64,000 nucleotides of DNA from Candidatus Oscillibacter excrementavium (lineage in GTDB: Bacteria > Bacillota > Clostridia > Oscillospirales > Oscillospiraceae): positions 11,563-75,562 of the forward strand of contig DWYU01000084.1 of assembly GCA_019118505.1 (NCBI GenBank). The letters are read 5' to 3'. A program made the position numbers and the translations under genes. Positions 22,119 to 31,911 of the stretch are shown here, one piece after another (positions within the stretch are counted from its first letter, which is position 1; every line of letters begins with the position of its first letter). The notes beneath the pieces were generated by a model. It saw nothing but the letters and a program-made list of their open reading frames with translations. It made no database searches and was not told the DNA's origin.

Positions 22119-22886
22119 ATGCTGAACCGCTGCAAGAAAAAACTGAACAGCCGGCGGGGCGCCTCCTTTCTCCTGGCGCTGCTGTTTTTCCTGGTGTGCG
22201 GCCTGGTGGCCTCATCGGTGCTGATGGCGGCCTCCTCCAATGCCGGCCGCAGCCGCAGCAGCCGGGAGGAGCACCAGACGTATCTCACCATCTCCTCGGC
22301 GGTGCGGCTGCTGTGCGACGAGTTGAACGCCGCGGAGTACCGGGGGCGGTATCACTATTGGGAAGTGCCAGTGTATGGGCCCGACGAAGAGGGAAAACGC
22401 ATCCAGATCGGTGTAGAGCGCCATCTGGAGCAGCTGGAGGGTCTCTACCAGTACACGGACGGCAGCGGTGCTGCGGCCCTGAAAGAGAACCTGCTGGATG
22501 ACTTTGACTACATCTTTTCCCAGGAGTTTGTCTCCGTCGAAGCAGGAATTAACACATCTAAACGCTCTGGTCTGACTCCACCGGTGGAGCACACGTTTAC
22601 CATCCAACCGGAGGAGTCCAACACTGACCTGGATACCCGTCCGGTGACGGTGGAACTCCGGGTAGTGGAGGACTCCTACGCCATCGAGCTGACCGCCGCG
22701 CTGGACCAGGGGGATGGAAAGCCCGATTATGTGGTCCGGGCGGAGCTGACGCCAAATGAGACGAAGCCCACTCTGCCGGAGACATTTTCGTCAGACACGA
22801 CTGCCGAGACCTCCCCCATGACCTGGCGGGTGGGCTGGATCATCCCGGGGGCGGCGGAGGAAGAGGAGGCGGCAAGCGGTGGATAA
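22119..22886 (+). CDS. Minor pilin, PilX/GspK-like (no Glu5)
   Basis: KKLNSRRG|ASFLLALLFFLV: basic leader, Gly cleavage site, hydrophobic helix lacking Glu5. Confidence 0.65.
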   Translation: MLNRCKKKLNSRRGASFLLALLFFLVCGLVASSVLMAASSNAGRSRSSREEHQTYLTISSAVRLLCDELNAAEYRGRYHYWEVPVYGPDEEGKRIQIGVERHLEQLEGLYQYTDGSGAAALKENLLDDFDYIFSQEFVSVEAGINTSKRSGLTPPVEHTFTIQPEESNTDLDTRPVTVELRVVEDSYAIELTAALDQGDGKPDYVVRAELTPNETKPTLPETFSSDTTAETSPMTWRVGWIIPGAAEEEEAASGG

Positions 22887-23217
22887 CCTGCGAAAAAAAC
22901 TGAACAACACCAGGGGCGAGACGCTGATCGAGACCCTGGCCGCCATCCTGGTGGCCGCCCTGTCCGTGGCCCTTCTGGTGGGGGCCGTGACCGTGTCCGG
23001 CCAGATCAACCGTCAGGCCCAGGTTTCGGACGAGGACTTCTATGAGCAGCTCACCGCCGCCGAGGCCCAGACACCCCCCGATGATGCAGCCTTTCCGGTG
23101 ACCATCCGGGAGGAAGGGAAAACGGACGCACACATTGGCGCCCGTCTCTACGGCGGGGACGACCTGTATGCCTATGGCCGGGCATCGTCTCCTGCCGGGG
23201 AGGAGGCGGCCCCATGA
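22879..23217 (+). CDS. Minor pilin
   Basis: KKLNNTRG|ETLIETLAAILV, Glu at +5. Confidence 0.75.
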   Translation: MDNLRKKLNNTRGETLIETLAAILVAALSVALLVGAVTVSGQINRQAQVSDEDFYEQLTAAEAQTPPDDAAFPVTIREEGKTDAHIGARLYGGDDLYAYGRASSPAGEEAAP

Positions 23218-23726
23218 GGAAGAAGCTCCGCAGCCGCCGGGGAATGACCCTGGTGGAGATGCTGGCGGCGTCCGTGGTGCTGATCCTGCTGGGGCTGATG
23301 CTCCACACAGGCCTGCTGATGGCCCAGCGCAGTTCCCGCACCCTGACCGGGGAGGCGGAGAACCAGCTGCTGCTGTCCACCCTGTCGGACCTGCTGTCCA
23401 ATGAGCTGCGCTATGCCCGGGACGTGGCGGTGGACGACAGCGGCGCGCTGACCCGCTACACCAGCGTCAACTATGGACGCAACACGACGCTGTCGCTGGA
23501 CGCAGACGGCCAGCTGGAGGCGGGCAACCGGCTGATGCTGCCCTCCGGGGCCTACGGCAACGGAGACTGTCGGATCGATACATGCACCATCACATACAGC
23601 GGCGGGATCTTTCAGGTGAGGCTGGAGGTCTCGGACCGGAGAGGCACCGGCAGTGAGACGACATTTTCCATCCGCTGTCTCAACGCAGAGCAGCCGGATA
23701 TGGAGACGGAGGAAGAGGGAACATGA
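23214..23726 (+). CDS. Minor pilin
   Basis: KKLRSRRG|MTLVEMLAASVV, Glu at +5. Confidence 0.8.
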   Translation: MRKKLRSRRGMTLVEMLAASVVLILLGLMLHTGLLMAQRSSRTLTGEAENQLLLSTLSDLLSNELRYARDVAVDDSGALTRYTSVNYGRNTTLSLDADGQLEAGNRLMLPSGAYGNGDCRIDTCTITYSGGIFQVRLEVSDRRGTGSETTFSIRCLNAEQPDMETEEEGT

Positions 23727-25429
23727 CTTACACAAGACTTGGCGACCTGCTGGTAGGCAGCGGCACCATTACCCAGCAGCAGCTGGAGGAGGCCCTGGAA
23801 GAGCAGAAGAAGAGCGGCAAGCGCTTGGGAACGGTTCTGGTGGAAAACCACATCATTACGGAAAAGCAGCTCATTGAGGCGCTGATGACCCAGCTGGGGC
23901 TGGACTATGCGGATTTGAACGCCATGGAGCTCTCTCCGGAGATGGCCCAGATCCTGCCCAAGAACATCGCCCAGAAATACCAGGTGGTGCCCGTGCGGGC
24001 CACCCGCAGTGAGCTGTATCTGGCCATGGCGGATCCGCTGAACTTTATCGCCATTGAGGAGGTCAGCGCCGCCACACACCGCCAGGTGATCCCCATGATC
24101 GCCACGGAGGCGGCGGTGGAGCGGGCGGTACAGAATCTCTACAGCAACCAGGGCACCCTGAAGGCCATCGAGGACATGCGCCGGGACCTGGCCGGCAGCG
24201 GCTACGGGGCCTCCGCCGCTCCCGTGGACGGCCGGTGGAAGGCCGGCACCGGAGAGACAGATGAAGAGGCCGCCCCCACCATCCGCCTGGTGAACTCCAT
24301 CATTGAGCGGGCCTGCACAGAGAACGCCAGCGACATCCATCTGGAGCCGGTGGGCGACGAGATGCGGATCCGCATGCGCATCGACGGCTCCCTGCGCCAG
24401 ATCATCACCGTCCCCCGGGAGCTGCAGATGTCTGTCATCTCCCGCATCAAGATCATGGCGCAGATGGACATCACCCAGAAGCAGCTCCCCCAGGACGGCC
24501 GCATCGAGATGACCGTCCGGCAGGAGCCCCTGGACCTGCGGGTGTCCACCCTGCCCACCATCTATGGCGAGAAGATCGTCATCCGCCTGCTGCGGCGCAG
24601 CGAGGACATCTCCATCGAGGGCATCGGCCTCCGGGGAGAGAACCGGCAGCGGTTCCTGGACCTGCTGGACCACAATGCGGACGGCATGCTGCTGGTGGTG
24701 GGTCCCACCGGCGCCGGAAAGACCTCCACCCTGTATACCATGATCGACCGCAAGCGGGGGGAGGAGGTCAACCTCATCTCCCTGGAGGACCCGGTGGAGT
24801 ACCACATGGACGGGGTCTGCCAGGTGCAGATCAACGACCGCATCGACCTGACCTTTGCCAACGCCCTGCGCTCCGTGCTCCGGCAGGACCCGGATATCAT
24901 CGCCGTGGGCGAGATCCGGGACGGGGACACCGCCGAGATCGCCATGCGGGCGGCCCTCACCGGCCACCTGGTGCTCTCCACGGTCCACACCACCGACGCC
25001 CTCTCCACCCTGGACCGGCTGCTGGACATCGGCGTGGAGCCCTATCTGCTCTCCAGCGCCCTGCGGGGGATCATCTCCCAGCGGCTGGTGCGCAAAATCT
25101 GCCCCCACTGCAAAAAGCCCTACACCCCGGCCCGGGAGGAGCTGGAGCTGCTGGGCCTGCCGGCAGACGGGAACTACACCTTCTACCGGGGGAGCGGCTG
25201 CTCCGAGTGCTTCCAGACCGGCTATCGGGGACGCACCGGCGTCTTTGAGATCCTGACGGTCACCCCCGCCCTCCGCAAGGCCATCCACGACCGCTCCCTG
25301 CCGGACGTGCAGGCGGCTCTGCGGGCCTCCACCTTCCGGCCCATCCGGGAGGACTGCATCCAGCTGGTGGGGGACGGCGTCACCACGGTGGAGGAAGTAC
25401 TGCACACGATAGGAAGGCAAGACGGATGA
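23723..25429 (+). CDS. pilB: Type IV pilus extension ATPase with N-terminal MshEN domain
   Basis: RLGDLL..Q repeats, ASDIHLEP, PQDGR, GPTGAGKT, EDPVEY, LRQDPD, CPHC/CSEC. Confidence 0.92.
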   Translation: MTYTRLGDLLVGSGTITQQQLEEALEEQKKSGKRLGTVLVENHIITEKQLIEALMTQLGLDYADLNAMELSPEMAQILPKNIAQKYQVVPVRATRSELYLAMADPLNFIAIEEVSAATHRQVIPMIATEAAVERAVQNLYSNQGTLKAIEDMRRDLAGSGYGASAAPVDGRWKAGTGETDEEAAPTIRLVNSIIERACTENASDIHLEPVGDEMRIRMRIDGSLRQIITVPRELQMSVISRIKIMAQMDITQKQLPQDGRIEMTVRQEPLDLRVSTLPTIYGEKIVIRLLRRSEDISIEGIGLRGENRQRFLDLLDHNADGMLLVVGPTGAGKTSTLYTMIDRKRGEEVNLISLEDPVEYHMDGVCQVQINDRIDLTFANALRSVLRQDPDIIAVGEIRDGDTAEIAMRAALTGHLVLSTVHTTDALSTLDRLLDIGVEPYLLSSALRGIISQRLVRKICPHCKKPYTPAREELELLGLPADGNYTFYRGSGCSECFQTGYRGRTGVFEILTVTPALRKAIHDRSLPDVQAALRASTFRPIREDCIQLVGDGVTTVEEVLHTIGRQDG

Positions 25430-26490
25430 ACATTTTTGACGAGATTACCATGGCCCGGCAGGCCGGGGCCAGCGACCTCCACCTGGTGCGGGGCCTGCCG
25501 CCCCGGTGCCGGGTGGACGGGGCCCTGCGGGACCTGGAGGAACGCCCCCTCACCGCCGAGGACTGTCTGGACGCAGCCCGGACCCTGGCCGGGGAGGACT
25601 TCCCCCGGCTGGAGGAGGATGGGGAGCTGGACCGGTCCGCCACCCTACAGGGGGTGCGCTGCCGGCTGAACCTGTTCCGACAGCAGGGGACCTACTCCGC
25701 CGCCGTCCGCCTGCTCAGAGACTGCATCTCGGACCTGGAGGAGCTGGGGCTCCCGCCGGCGGTGGGGGACTTCCTGGACTACAGCCGGGGGCTGATCCTG
25801 ATCACCGGCGAGACCGGGTCCGGCAAATCCACCACCCTGGCGGCCCTGCTCCAGCGCATCAACGAGACCCGCCGCCTCCACATCCTGACCCTGGAGGACC
25901 CGGTGGAGTACCTCTATCCCGCGGGACTGTGCACCATCAACCAGCGGGAGGTGGGCCGGGACACCCGGAGCTTTTCCTCCGGGCTGCGCGCCGCCCTGCG
26001 GGAGGACCCGGACGTGATCCTGGTGGGGGAGATGCGGGACCTGGACACCATCCAGACCGCCCTGACGGCGGCGGAGACCGGCCACCTGGTGTTTGCCACC
26101 GTCCACACCCAATCCGCCGCGGACGCGGTGGACCGGATCGTGGACGTGTTCCCCGGGGAGCGGCAGCAGCAGATCCGCTTGCAGCTGTCCATGACGCTGC
26201 GGGCGGTGCTGTCCCAGCAGCTGCTGCCCCGGCGGGACGGCCCTGGCCGGGTGCCCGCCTGCGAGGTGATGCGGGTGGACGGCGCTATCCGCAACCTGAT
26301 CCGGGAGGGCAAGACGCCGCAGATCCGCAACGCCATCCAGACCACCGGCGCGGTGGGCAACATCCTCATGGAGCGGGCGGTGCAGAATCTCTTTCAGGGG
26401 GGCGCCATCTCCCGGGAGACCATGGAGCGGGCCCTGCAGGGCCTGCCGGACGCCGGGCCTCTGGCCGGCGGCATGAAGCCGCGGCTGTGA
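25426..26490 (+). CDS. pilT: Type IV pilus retraction ATPase
   Basis: ASDLHL, GETGSGKST, EDPVEY, ALREDPD, ETGHLV, AIRNLIRE motif. Confidence 0.92.
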   Translation: MNIFDEITMARQAGASDLHLVRGLPPRCRVDGALRDLEERPLTAEDCLDAARTLAGEDFPRLEEDGELDRSATLQGVRCRLNLFRQQGTYSAAVRLLRDCISDLEELGLPPAVGDFLDYSRGLILITGETGSGKSTTLAALLQRINETRRLHILTLEDPVEYLYPAGLCTINQREVGRDTRSFSSGLRAALREDPDVILVGEMRDLDTIQTALTAAETGHLVFATVHTQSAADAVDRIVDVFPGERQQQIRLQLSMTLRAVLSQQLLPRRDGPGRVPACEVMRVDGAIRNLIREGKTPQIRNAIQTTGAVGNILMERAVQNLFQGGAISRETMERALQGLPDAGPLAGGMKPRL

Positions 26491-26502
26491 GGAAAGGGGG
26501 AA

Positions 26503-27714
26503 ATGCAGATGCCGACCTATCACTATGAAGCCCTGCGCCAGAGCGGCGAGAAGGGGGAGGGCGTGGTGGAGGCCGCCAGCCGGGACGCGGCGGTGGCCCA
26601 GATCCGCCGGAGCTATGAGGTGGTTCTGTCCATCAAGGAGCTCCCTGCCCGGCGGGAACAGCCCTTCACCCATTTCCAGCGGCTGAACCTGAAGGTGTTC
26701 GCCCTGATGTGCCGCCAGTTCTCCATCATCCTCAAAGCCGGGCTGCCCCTGGTGCAGACGGTGGACCTGGTGGCCTCCCAGATGACCGACCGGCTGCTGC
26801 GGCGGATCCTGACGGAGGTGTCCGAGGACATCGCCGGCGGCTGGAGCCTGTCCGCCAGCTTTGCCAGGCGGGGGCAGAATCGGCTGCCCCAGGCGTTTCT
26901 GGAGACGCTCCGCTCCGGCGAGGAGTCCGGCGACCTGGCCCAGTCCTTTGCCCGCCTGAGCACCTACTACGAGCGGATGAACAGGACCCACGCCAAGGCG
27001 GTGAGCGCCCTGGTGTACCCGGCGTTTTTGCTGGTGGTGGCGGCGGTGGTCATCGTGATCATCATGGCCTACGCCGTGCCCACCTTCTCCGCCACCTTTG
27101 CCTCCCTGGATCTGGAGCTCCCCCTGGCCACCCGGATGGTCATTGCCGTGTCCGACTTCTTCGGGCGCTACGGCTGGCTGGTGGCGGGGGTGATCGCGGC
27201 CCTGGTGGTGCTGATCCGGCTGTACGGCCGCACCAGAGACGGCGCCGCCCAGCTGGGCAAGCTCCGGCTGGCCCTGCCCATTCTGGGGCCCCTGGCCCTG
27301 ATGACCTCCGCCAGCCAGTTTGCCCACACCATGTCCGCCATGCTCACCGCCGGCACGCCGATCCTCCGGGCGCTGGAGACCTCCGCCCGGGCGGTGGGCA
27401 ACGCCTACCTGTCCCGGCAGATCCGGGAGGCGGTCCCCGGCGTGGAGGCGGGCGGCTCCCTGGGGGAGTGCCTGCGCCGGTGCCCGGACCTGCCGCCCAT
27501 GCTGGTGCAGATGACCGCCATGGGCGAGACCACCGGCACCCTGGAATCCACGTTGGAGATCCAGGCGGAGTATTACGACAACGAGGTGGACACCCTCACC
27601 GCCCGGGCCCTCAGCCTGCTGGAGCCCATCGTCATCTGCCTGATGGCGGTCATCGTGCTGGTGATCCTGCTGTCCATCTATCTGCCCTTGTTCTCGATGT
27701 ACGCCGCCATCTGA
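26503..27714 (+). CDS. pilC: Type IV pilus platform protein (GspF family)
   Basis: Two T2SSF repeats: GEESGDL...LxYPA and GETTGTL...LEP. Confidence 0.9.
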   Translation: MQMPTYHYEALRQSGEKGEGVVEAASRDAAVAQIRRSYEVVLSIKELPARREQPFTHFQRLNLKVFALMCRQFSIILKAGLPLVQTVDLVASQMTDRLLRRILTEVSEDIAGGWSLSASFARRGQNRLPQAFLETLRSGEESGDLAQSFARLSTYYERMNRTHAKAVSALVYPAFLLVVAAVVIVIIMAYAVPTFSATFASLDLELPLATRMVIAVSDFFGRYGWLVAGVIAALVVLIRLYGRTRDGAAQLGKLRLALPILGPLALMTSASQFAHTMSAMLTAGTPILRALETSARAVGNAYLSRQIREAVPGVEAGGSLGECLRRCPDLPPMLVQMTAMGETTGTLESTLEIQAEYYDNEVDTLTARALSLLEPIVICLMAVIVLVILLSIYLPLFSMYAAI

Positions 27715-27777
27715 CGGCCGCGTTTTCTAGAGCAAACATTCAGCCGGCATGTGTCCGGCGGGTTGGGAGGAAATGAT

Positions 27778-28170
27778 ATGGGACCTTGTGAAAAACTGCG
27801 GAGCCGCAGGGGCTTCACCCTGATTGAGATGCTGATTGTGGTGGCCATTATCGCCATCCTGGTGGCCATCTCCATCCCCCTGGTGAGTTCCAGCCTGGAA
27901 AAGGCCCGGGTGGCTACGGACCAGGCAAATGAGCGGGCTGCAAAAGCCGCCGCTGTGATCTATATGCTGACCAATGATGAGTATGATTGGAATAATAAAG
28001 GCGGCGGTCAGTCTTTGTTGTACGACGCAGAAAGCGGACAGTTGGTCAAGTCTACCCCAGAAACTATCCAGCAGATTACGCCCTACGGCCAGAGCAAAAA
28101 CAACAAAGGTAAGATTATCCAAGTAAACTTCGGCGGGGACTACAGCAGCATAACAATCACATGGGACTAG
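27778..28170 (+). CDS. Type IV pilin (paralog 1)
   Basis: RSRRG|FTLIEMLIVVAIIAILVAISIP; 130 aa. Confidence 0.9.
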   Translation: MGPCEKLRSRRGFTLIEMLIVVAIIAILVAISIPLVSSSLEKARVATDQANERAAKAAAVIYMLTNDEYDWNNKGGGQSLLYDAESGQLVKSTPETIQQITPYGQSKNNKGKIIQVNFGGDYSSITITWD

Positions 28171-28328
28171 GCCCCACAGCTCAAACCCTAACCCGTGATC
28201 CCACTCTCCAGGCCTGAAACGGGCCGGAGGGTTTGCATAGAGGGGCGGCCACTCCCGCCCTGGAACCCCTAGCGGATCAATATTTAACCATCTGCCGGGA
28301 GACCGGTAATATTATGAGGAGGAAGAAC

Positions 28329-28778
28329 ATGAAAAACCTGCGTGAAAAAATGAGAAGCCGGAAGGGCTTCACCCTGATCGAGATGCTGATCGTGGTGGCT
28401 ATCATCGCTATCCTGGTGGCCATCTCCATTCCCCTGGTGAGTTCCAGCCTGAATAAGGCTCGGATCGCCACCGACCAGGCTAACGAGCGGGCCGCTAAAG
28501 CCGCTGCTGTTATTGAGTATCTGACGGGAAATAATGCAGGAAAAGACTATGTGGGCTACTACGATGCGGAAAATGGCAAGCTTGTTGTTGGATTTAATGA
28601 CGTCAAAACCAAATACGGTCAGTGCGCCACCCACGATGGCTGCATCCTGAAAGTTACGGTCGCAGGGACAGATGGAACCGTGACCCTTGAATGGGTCGAC
28701 AGTGCCGAAGGCAAAGCAAAAGGCTCCCTTCACGGCATCGCGGGCGGCGATGGGACTGCCACTGGCGGCGGTAACTAA
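28329..28778 (+). CDS. Type IV pilin (paralog 2; candidate major pilin)
   Basis: RSRKG|FTLIEMLIVVAIIAILVAISIP; strong RBS gaggagg; single Cys pair in the C-terminal part. Confidence 0.9.
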   Translation: MKNLREKMRSRKGFTLIEMLIVVAIIAILVAISIPLVSSSLNKARIATDQANERAAKAAAVIEYLTGNNAGKDYVGYYDAENGKLVVGFNDVKTKYGQCATHDGCILKVTVAGTDGTVTLEWVDSAEGKAKGSLHGIAGGDGTATGGGN

Positions 28779-28950
28779 TCCTACTGAACCATTCCCAACG
28801 GCAGGCGGCCTAGGCCGTCCGCCCCTGCCGGGGACCGGGCGGGTGGGCCCGGCCCCGGCGGGGAGAGACGCCTTTGCGGGGTGCCGAAAATTTCGGCGTC
28901 CGGCAAAAGCCCCTCTCCCAAACCCTGCGAAAAAAGGAGAGACTTCCACC

Positions 28951-29742
28951 ATGGACAGCGAGACATTGCTGACAATTTACGCCGCGGTGTGGCTGGGGGT
29001 GCTGGGGGCGGTGCTGGGCAGCTTCCTGGACTGCGCCGCCGCCCGGTACGCCGCCGGGGGCGGCTGGCTCCCCCGGGGCCGCTCCCGGTGCGACGCCTGC
29101 GGCCACATCCTGGGGGCCGCCGACCTGATCCCGGTGGTGAGCTGGCTGCTCCGCCGGGGGCGGTGCCGGTACTGCGGGGCGAAGATCCCGGCGGACTGCC
29201 TGTGGGCGGAGCTGGCCGGGGCGGCCCTGTTCGCCGGCCTGACGGTGCGCTTCGGCCTGACGGCGGAGCTGGCCATGTGGCTCCTGCTGGGGGCGGCGCT
29301 GCTGGCCCTGGCCCTGGTGGACGGGCGCACCCATGAGATCCCCAACGGCATCCTGCTCTTTGCCGCGGCGGTGCGGCTGGCCTTTCTGCCGCTGATGGAC
29401 GTCCCGGTCCTGGAGCAGCTGGCCGGTATGGCGGTGGGGGCCCTCAGCGTGTCGGCGCCCCTGCTGGTGCTGTCCCTGGTGATGGACAAGGCGCTGGGGC
29501 GGGAGAGCCTGGGAGGCGGCGACCTCAAGCTGCTGTTCGTGCTGGGGCTGTATATGCGGTGGCCGGAGATGCTGCTGCTTCTGCTCCTGGGCTGCCTGCT
29601 GGCCCTGGTGTGGGCCCTGCTGCCGGGCCGGGACCGGCGGCGGGAGATCGCCTTCGGCCCCTTTCTGGCGGCGGCCTGGGCGCTGACGGTTTTGTTCGGT
29701 GACGGGCTCATCCAGTGGTACCAGAGCCTGTTCGTCTTTTGA
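28951..29742 (+). CDS. pilD: Prepilin peptidase/N-methyltransferase
   Basis: GSFL, SRCDAC, RGRCRYC, D---HEIP, GGGDLKL, FGPFL. Confidence 0.9.
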   Translation: MDSETLLTIYAAVWLGVLGAVLGSFLDCAAARYAAGGGWLPRGRSRCDACGHILGAADLIPVVSWLLRRGRCRYCGAKIPADCLWAELAGAALFAGLTVRFGLTAELAMWLLLGAALLALALVDGRTHEIPNGILLFAAAVRLAFLPLMDVPVLEQLAGMAVGALSVSAPLLVLSLVMDKALGRESLGGGDLKLLFVLGLYMRWPEMLLLLLLGCLLALVWALLPGRDRRREIAFGPFLAAAWALTVLFGDGLIQWYQSLFVF

Positions 29743-29759
29743 GAGAAGGAGAATACGAG

Positions 29760-30779
29760 ATGGAGAGAAAAATCAGACTGGCCTTTGACGTGGGCAGCAG
29801 CGCCATGAAGGTGGCCCTCTGGCGGGGAAAGACGCTGGAACTCCACGAGGTGCCGCTGCCTGAGAACCTGATGGACGGGGACACGATCACCATGCCCCAC
29901 GCCTTTTCCGGCTTCCTGAAGGCCAAGCGGAAGGAGCTGCGGCTCCCCGGCGGCCCCGCGGCCCTGGTGCTGCCCCGGAGCCGCTGCCTCTGCCGGATGG
30001 TGACCCTGCCCCGGATGACCATTGAGCATCTGGAGCTGAACCTGCCCTATGAGTTCAACGACTTCATGCACGACGACCCCAGCAAATACTACTGCGACTA
30101 CGCCGTGTGCCGCCGGCAGGAGCCGGCCGGGGAGGAGGAGCCCCAGGAGATGACTCTGATGACGGCGGCGGTGGAGCGGCAGCTGGTGCAGGATGCCATC
30201 CGGATGTTTGCCGACGGCGGCTTCTCCCTGCGGAAGATCCTGCCCCAGGAGATGGCGCTGATCCAGCTGGTCCAGACCCGCCAGGCGGCCCATCCCGACG
30301 ATTCCAGGGAGTTCTGCTTCATCGACCTGGGACAGCAGTCCACCATGATCTCCCTGATCCAGGACGACCGGCTCCAGGCGGAGCGGCAGGTGCCGGTGGG
30401 CTGCCGGGACCTGGACGAGGCCGTGGGCGAGGCGCTGCATATCGACGCCAGACTGGCGGACTCCTATAAGCGGGCCAACCAGGAGGATGTGCTGCACCAT
30501 CCCCTGTGCCGCGGGGTCTACGACCGGATCGCCGTGGAGACGCTGAAGGTCATCAACTTTTACCGGTATACATACCGCCAGAATCAGCTGCAGGGCGTGT
30601 ATCTGATCGGCGGCGGGGCCAATGTCCAAATCCTGCGGGAGACGCTGGCGGAGCGGATCGACCTGCCCGTCCTGCCGGTGACCGATTTGGTGCCCGCCGG
30701 CTTCAGCCCGGGGCTGGAGAGCTCCTGCGCCTATGCCGCGGGGGCGGCAGTGCGAATGGAGGAGGTGAGCGGGCGATGA
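29760..30779 (+). CDS. pilM: Pilus assembly protein PilM (actin-like)
   Basis: AFDVGSSAMK, IDLG, VGCRDLD, YLIGGGA. Confidence 0.8.
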   Translation: MERKIRLAFDVGSSAMKVALWRGKTLELHEVPLPENLMDGDTITMPHAFSGFLKAKRKELRLPGGPAALVLPRSRCLCRMVTLPRMTIEHLELNLPYEFNDFMHDDPSKYYCDYAVCRRQEPAGEEEPQEMTLMTAAVERQLVQDAIRMFADGGFSLRKILPQEMALIQLVQTRQAAHPDDSREFCFIDLGQQSTMISLIQDDRLQAERQVPVGCRDLDEAVGEALHIDARLADSYKRANQEDVLHHPLCRGVYDRIAVETLKVINFYRYTYRQNQLQGVYLIGGGANVQILRETLAERIDLPVLPVTDLVPAGFSPGLESSCAYAAGAAVRMEEVSGR

Positions 30780-31369
30780 ACTGGAACCGCAACATGAGCC
30801 GGGAGGAGTGGAAAAAGCGCCGCGCCTATCCCTCCAAGCGGACCATGAACCTGTATTACCGGGAGGACCGGACGGCCCGCCCGGCCACGGTGCTGCTGTA
30901 TGTGCTGTTCCTCCTGGTGGTGCTGGGCGCCCTGGGCAAGGTCCTGATCTTCGACCCCCTGCAGGAGATCGACCGCCTGGAGGCGGAGGCCGTCCGCCTG
31001 GAGGAGCAGAGCCAGGCCGCCCAGGCGCAGCTGGCGGACTACCCGGAGGTGCTGGAGCGCTACACCCGCTACGCCCCCACCCAGGAGGAGCTGTCCCTCA
31101 CGGACCGGATGGCCGTGCTGGACCTCATCGACCAGGTGATCCGCCCGGCGGCGGAGATCTCCCAGGTGACCATCCAGGACCAGCAGGCGCTGGTGACCTT
31201 CTCCGGCGTCACCCTGGTGGAGACCGCCGGACTGGTGGCCCAGCTGGAGCAGTCGGAGCTGGTGGCCCATACCACGGTGAGCACCGCCGCCTCGGAGGAT
31301 GGCCGGCAGAATATCGTGGACGTGAATCTGTTCATAGACCTGACGACGGGAGAGGAGGCCGCACCATGA
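30776..31369 (+). CDS. PilN-like alignment protein
   Basis: MNL motif, one TM helix, coiled coil; located between pilM and a pilO-like gene. Confidence 0.65.
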   Translation: MNWNRNMSREEWKKRRAYPSKRTMNLYYREDRTARPATVLLYVLFLLVVLGALGKVLIFDPLQEIDRLEAEAVRLEEQSQAAQAQLADYPEVLERYTRYAPTQEELSLTDRMAVLDLIDQVIRPAAEISQVTIQDQQALVTFSGVTLVETAGLVAQLEQSELVAHTTVSTAASEDGRQNIVDVNLFIDLTTGEEAAP

Positions 31370-31911
31370 AAAAACTGACCATTCGGGAGCGGGTGCTGCT
31401 GGGGATCTTGGCGATCCTGGCCGTGGTCTGCGGCTATGTGTTCCTGTTCTACCTGCCCGCCGCGGACCGGACCGCCGGGCTGGAGGCCAGCATCCAGCAG
31501 AGCACCGCCATTCTGGACCAGAGCGCGGCCATGCTGGCCAGCCAGGAGAAGATGGAGCAGGAGCTGGACGCGCTGCTGTCCGGTGAGCAGGCACCGGAGG
31601 AAATGCCGTACTATGACAATATCCAGAGCATCATGGTGGAGCTCAACGGGATCCTGTCCGACGCCCAGGAGTACAGCCTGCGGTTCTCCTCCGCCCAGGG
31701 AGAGGACCACGTGATGGAGCGCCGGGTGACCATGCCCTTTACCTGCTCCAGCTACGCCACGGCCAAGTCGATCCTGCACCGGATTCAGGAGAGCGCGCTC
31801 CGCTGCCAGCTGGAGGATCTGTCCTTTTCCCAGCGGGAAAACGGGGCTGTCCAGGTGACGGTCACCGTGGTGTTCTATGAGTACCAGGCCGGCGGCGCCG
31901 AGGGGAACTGA
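31366..31911 (+). CDS. PilO-like alignment protein
   Basis: LTIRERVLL N-terminus, TM helix, coiled coil, C-terminal ferredoxin-like strands; position in the operon. Confidence 0.65.
   Translation: MKKLTIRERVLLGILAILAVVCGYVFLFYLPAADRTAGLEASIQQSTAILDQSAAMLASQEKMEQELDALLSGEQAPEEMPYYDNIQSIMVELNGILSDAQEYSLRFSSAQGEDHVMERRVTMPFTCSSYATAKSILHRIQESALRCQLEDLSFSQRENGAVQVTVTVVFYEYQAGGAEGN

Noticed and set aside
28195-28240. Minus-strand GCAAACC...GAGTGGGA resembling part of a c-di-GMP-I (GEMM) riboswitch
   Set aside because: It is antisense to the pilin genes and the following GCAAAG/P2 elements are missing.
15681-31911. Type II secretion or Com pseudopilus interpretation
   Set aside because: PilT with the AIRNLIRE motif, PilMNO and a two-domain PilC indicate a retractile type IVa pilus. 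There is no secretin, as expected for a monoderm.
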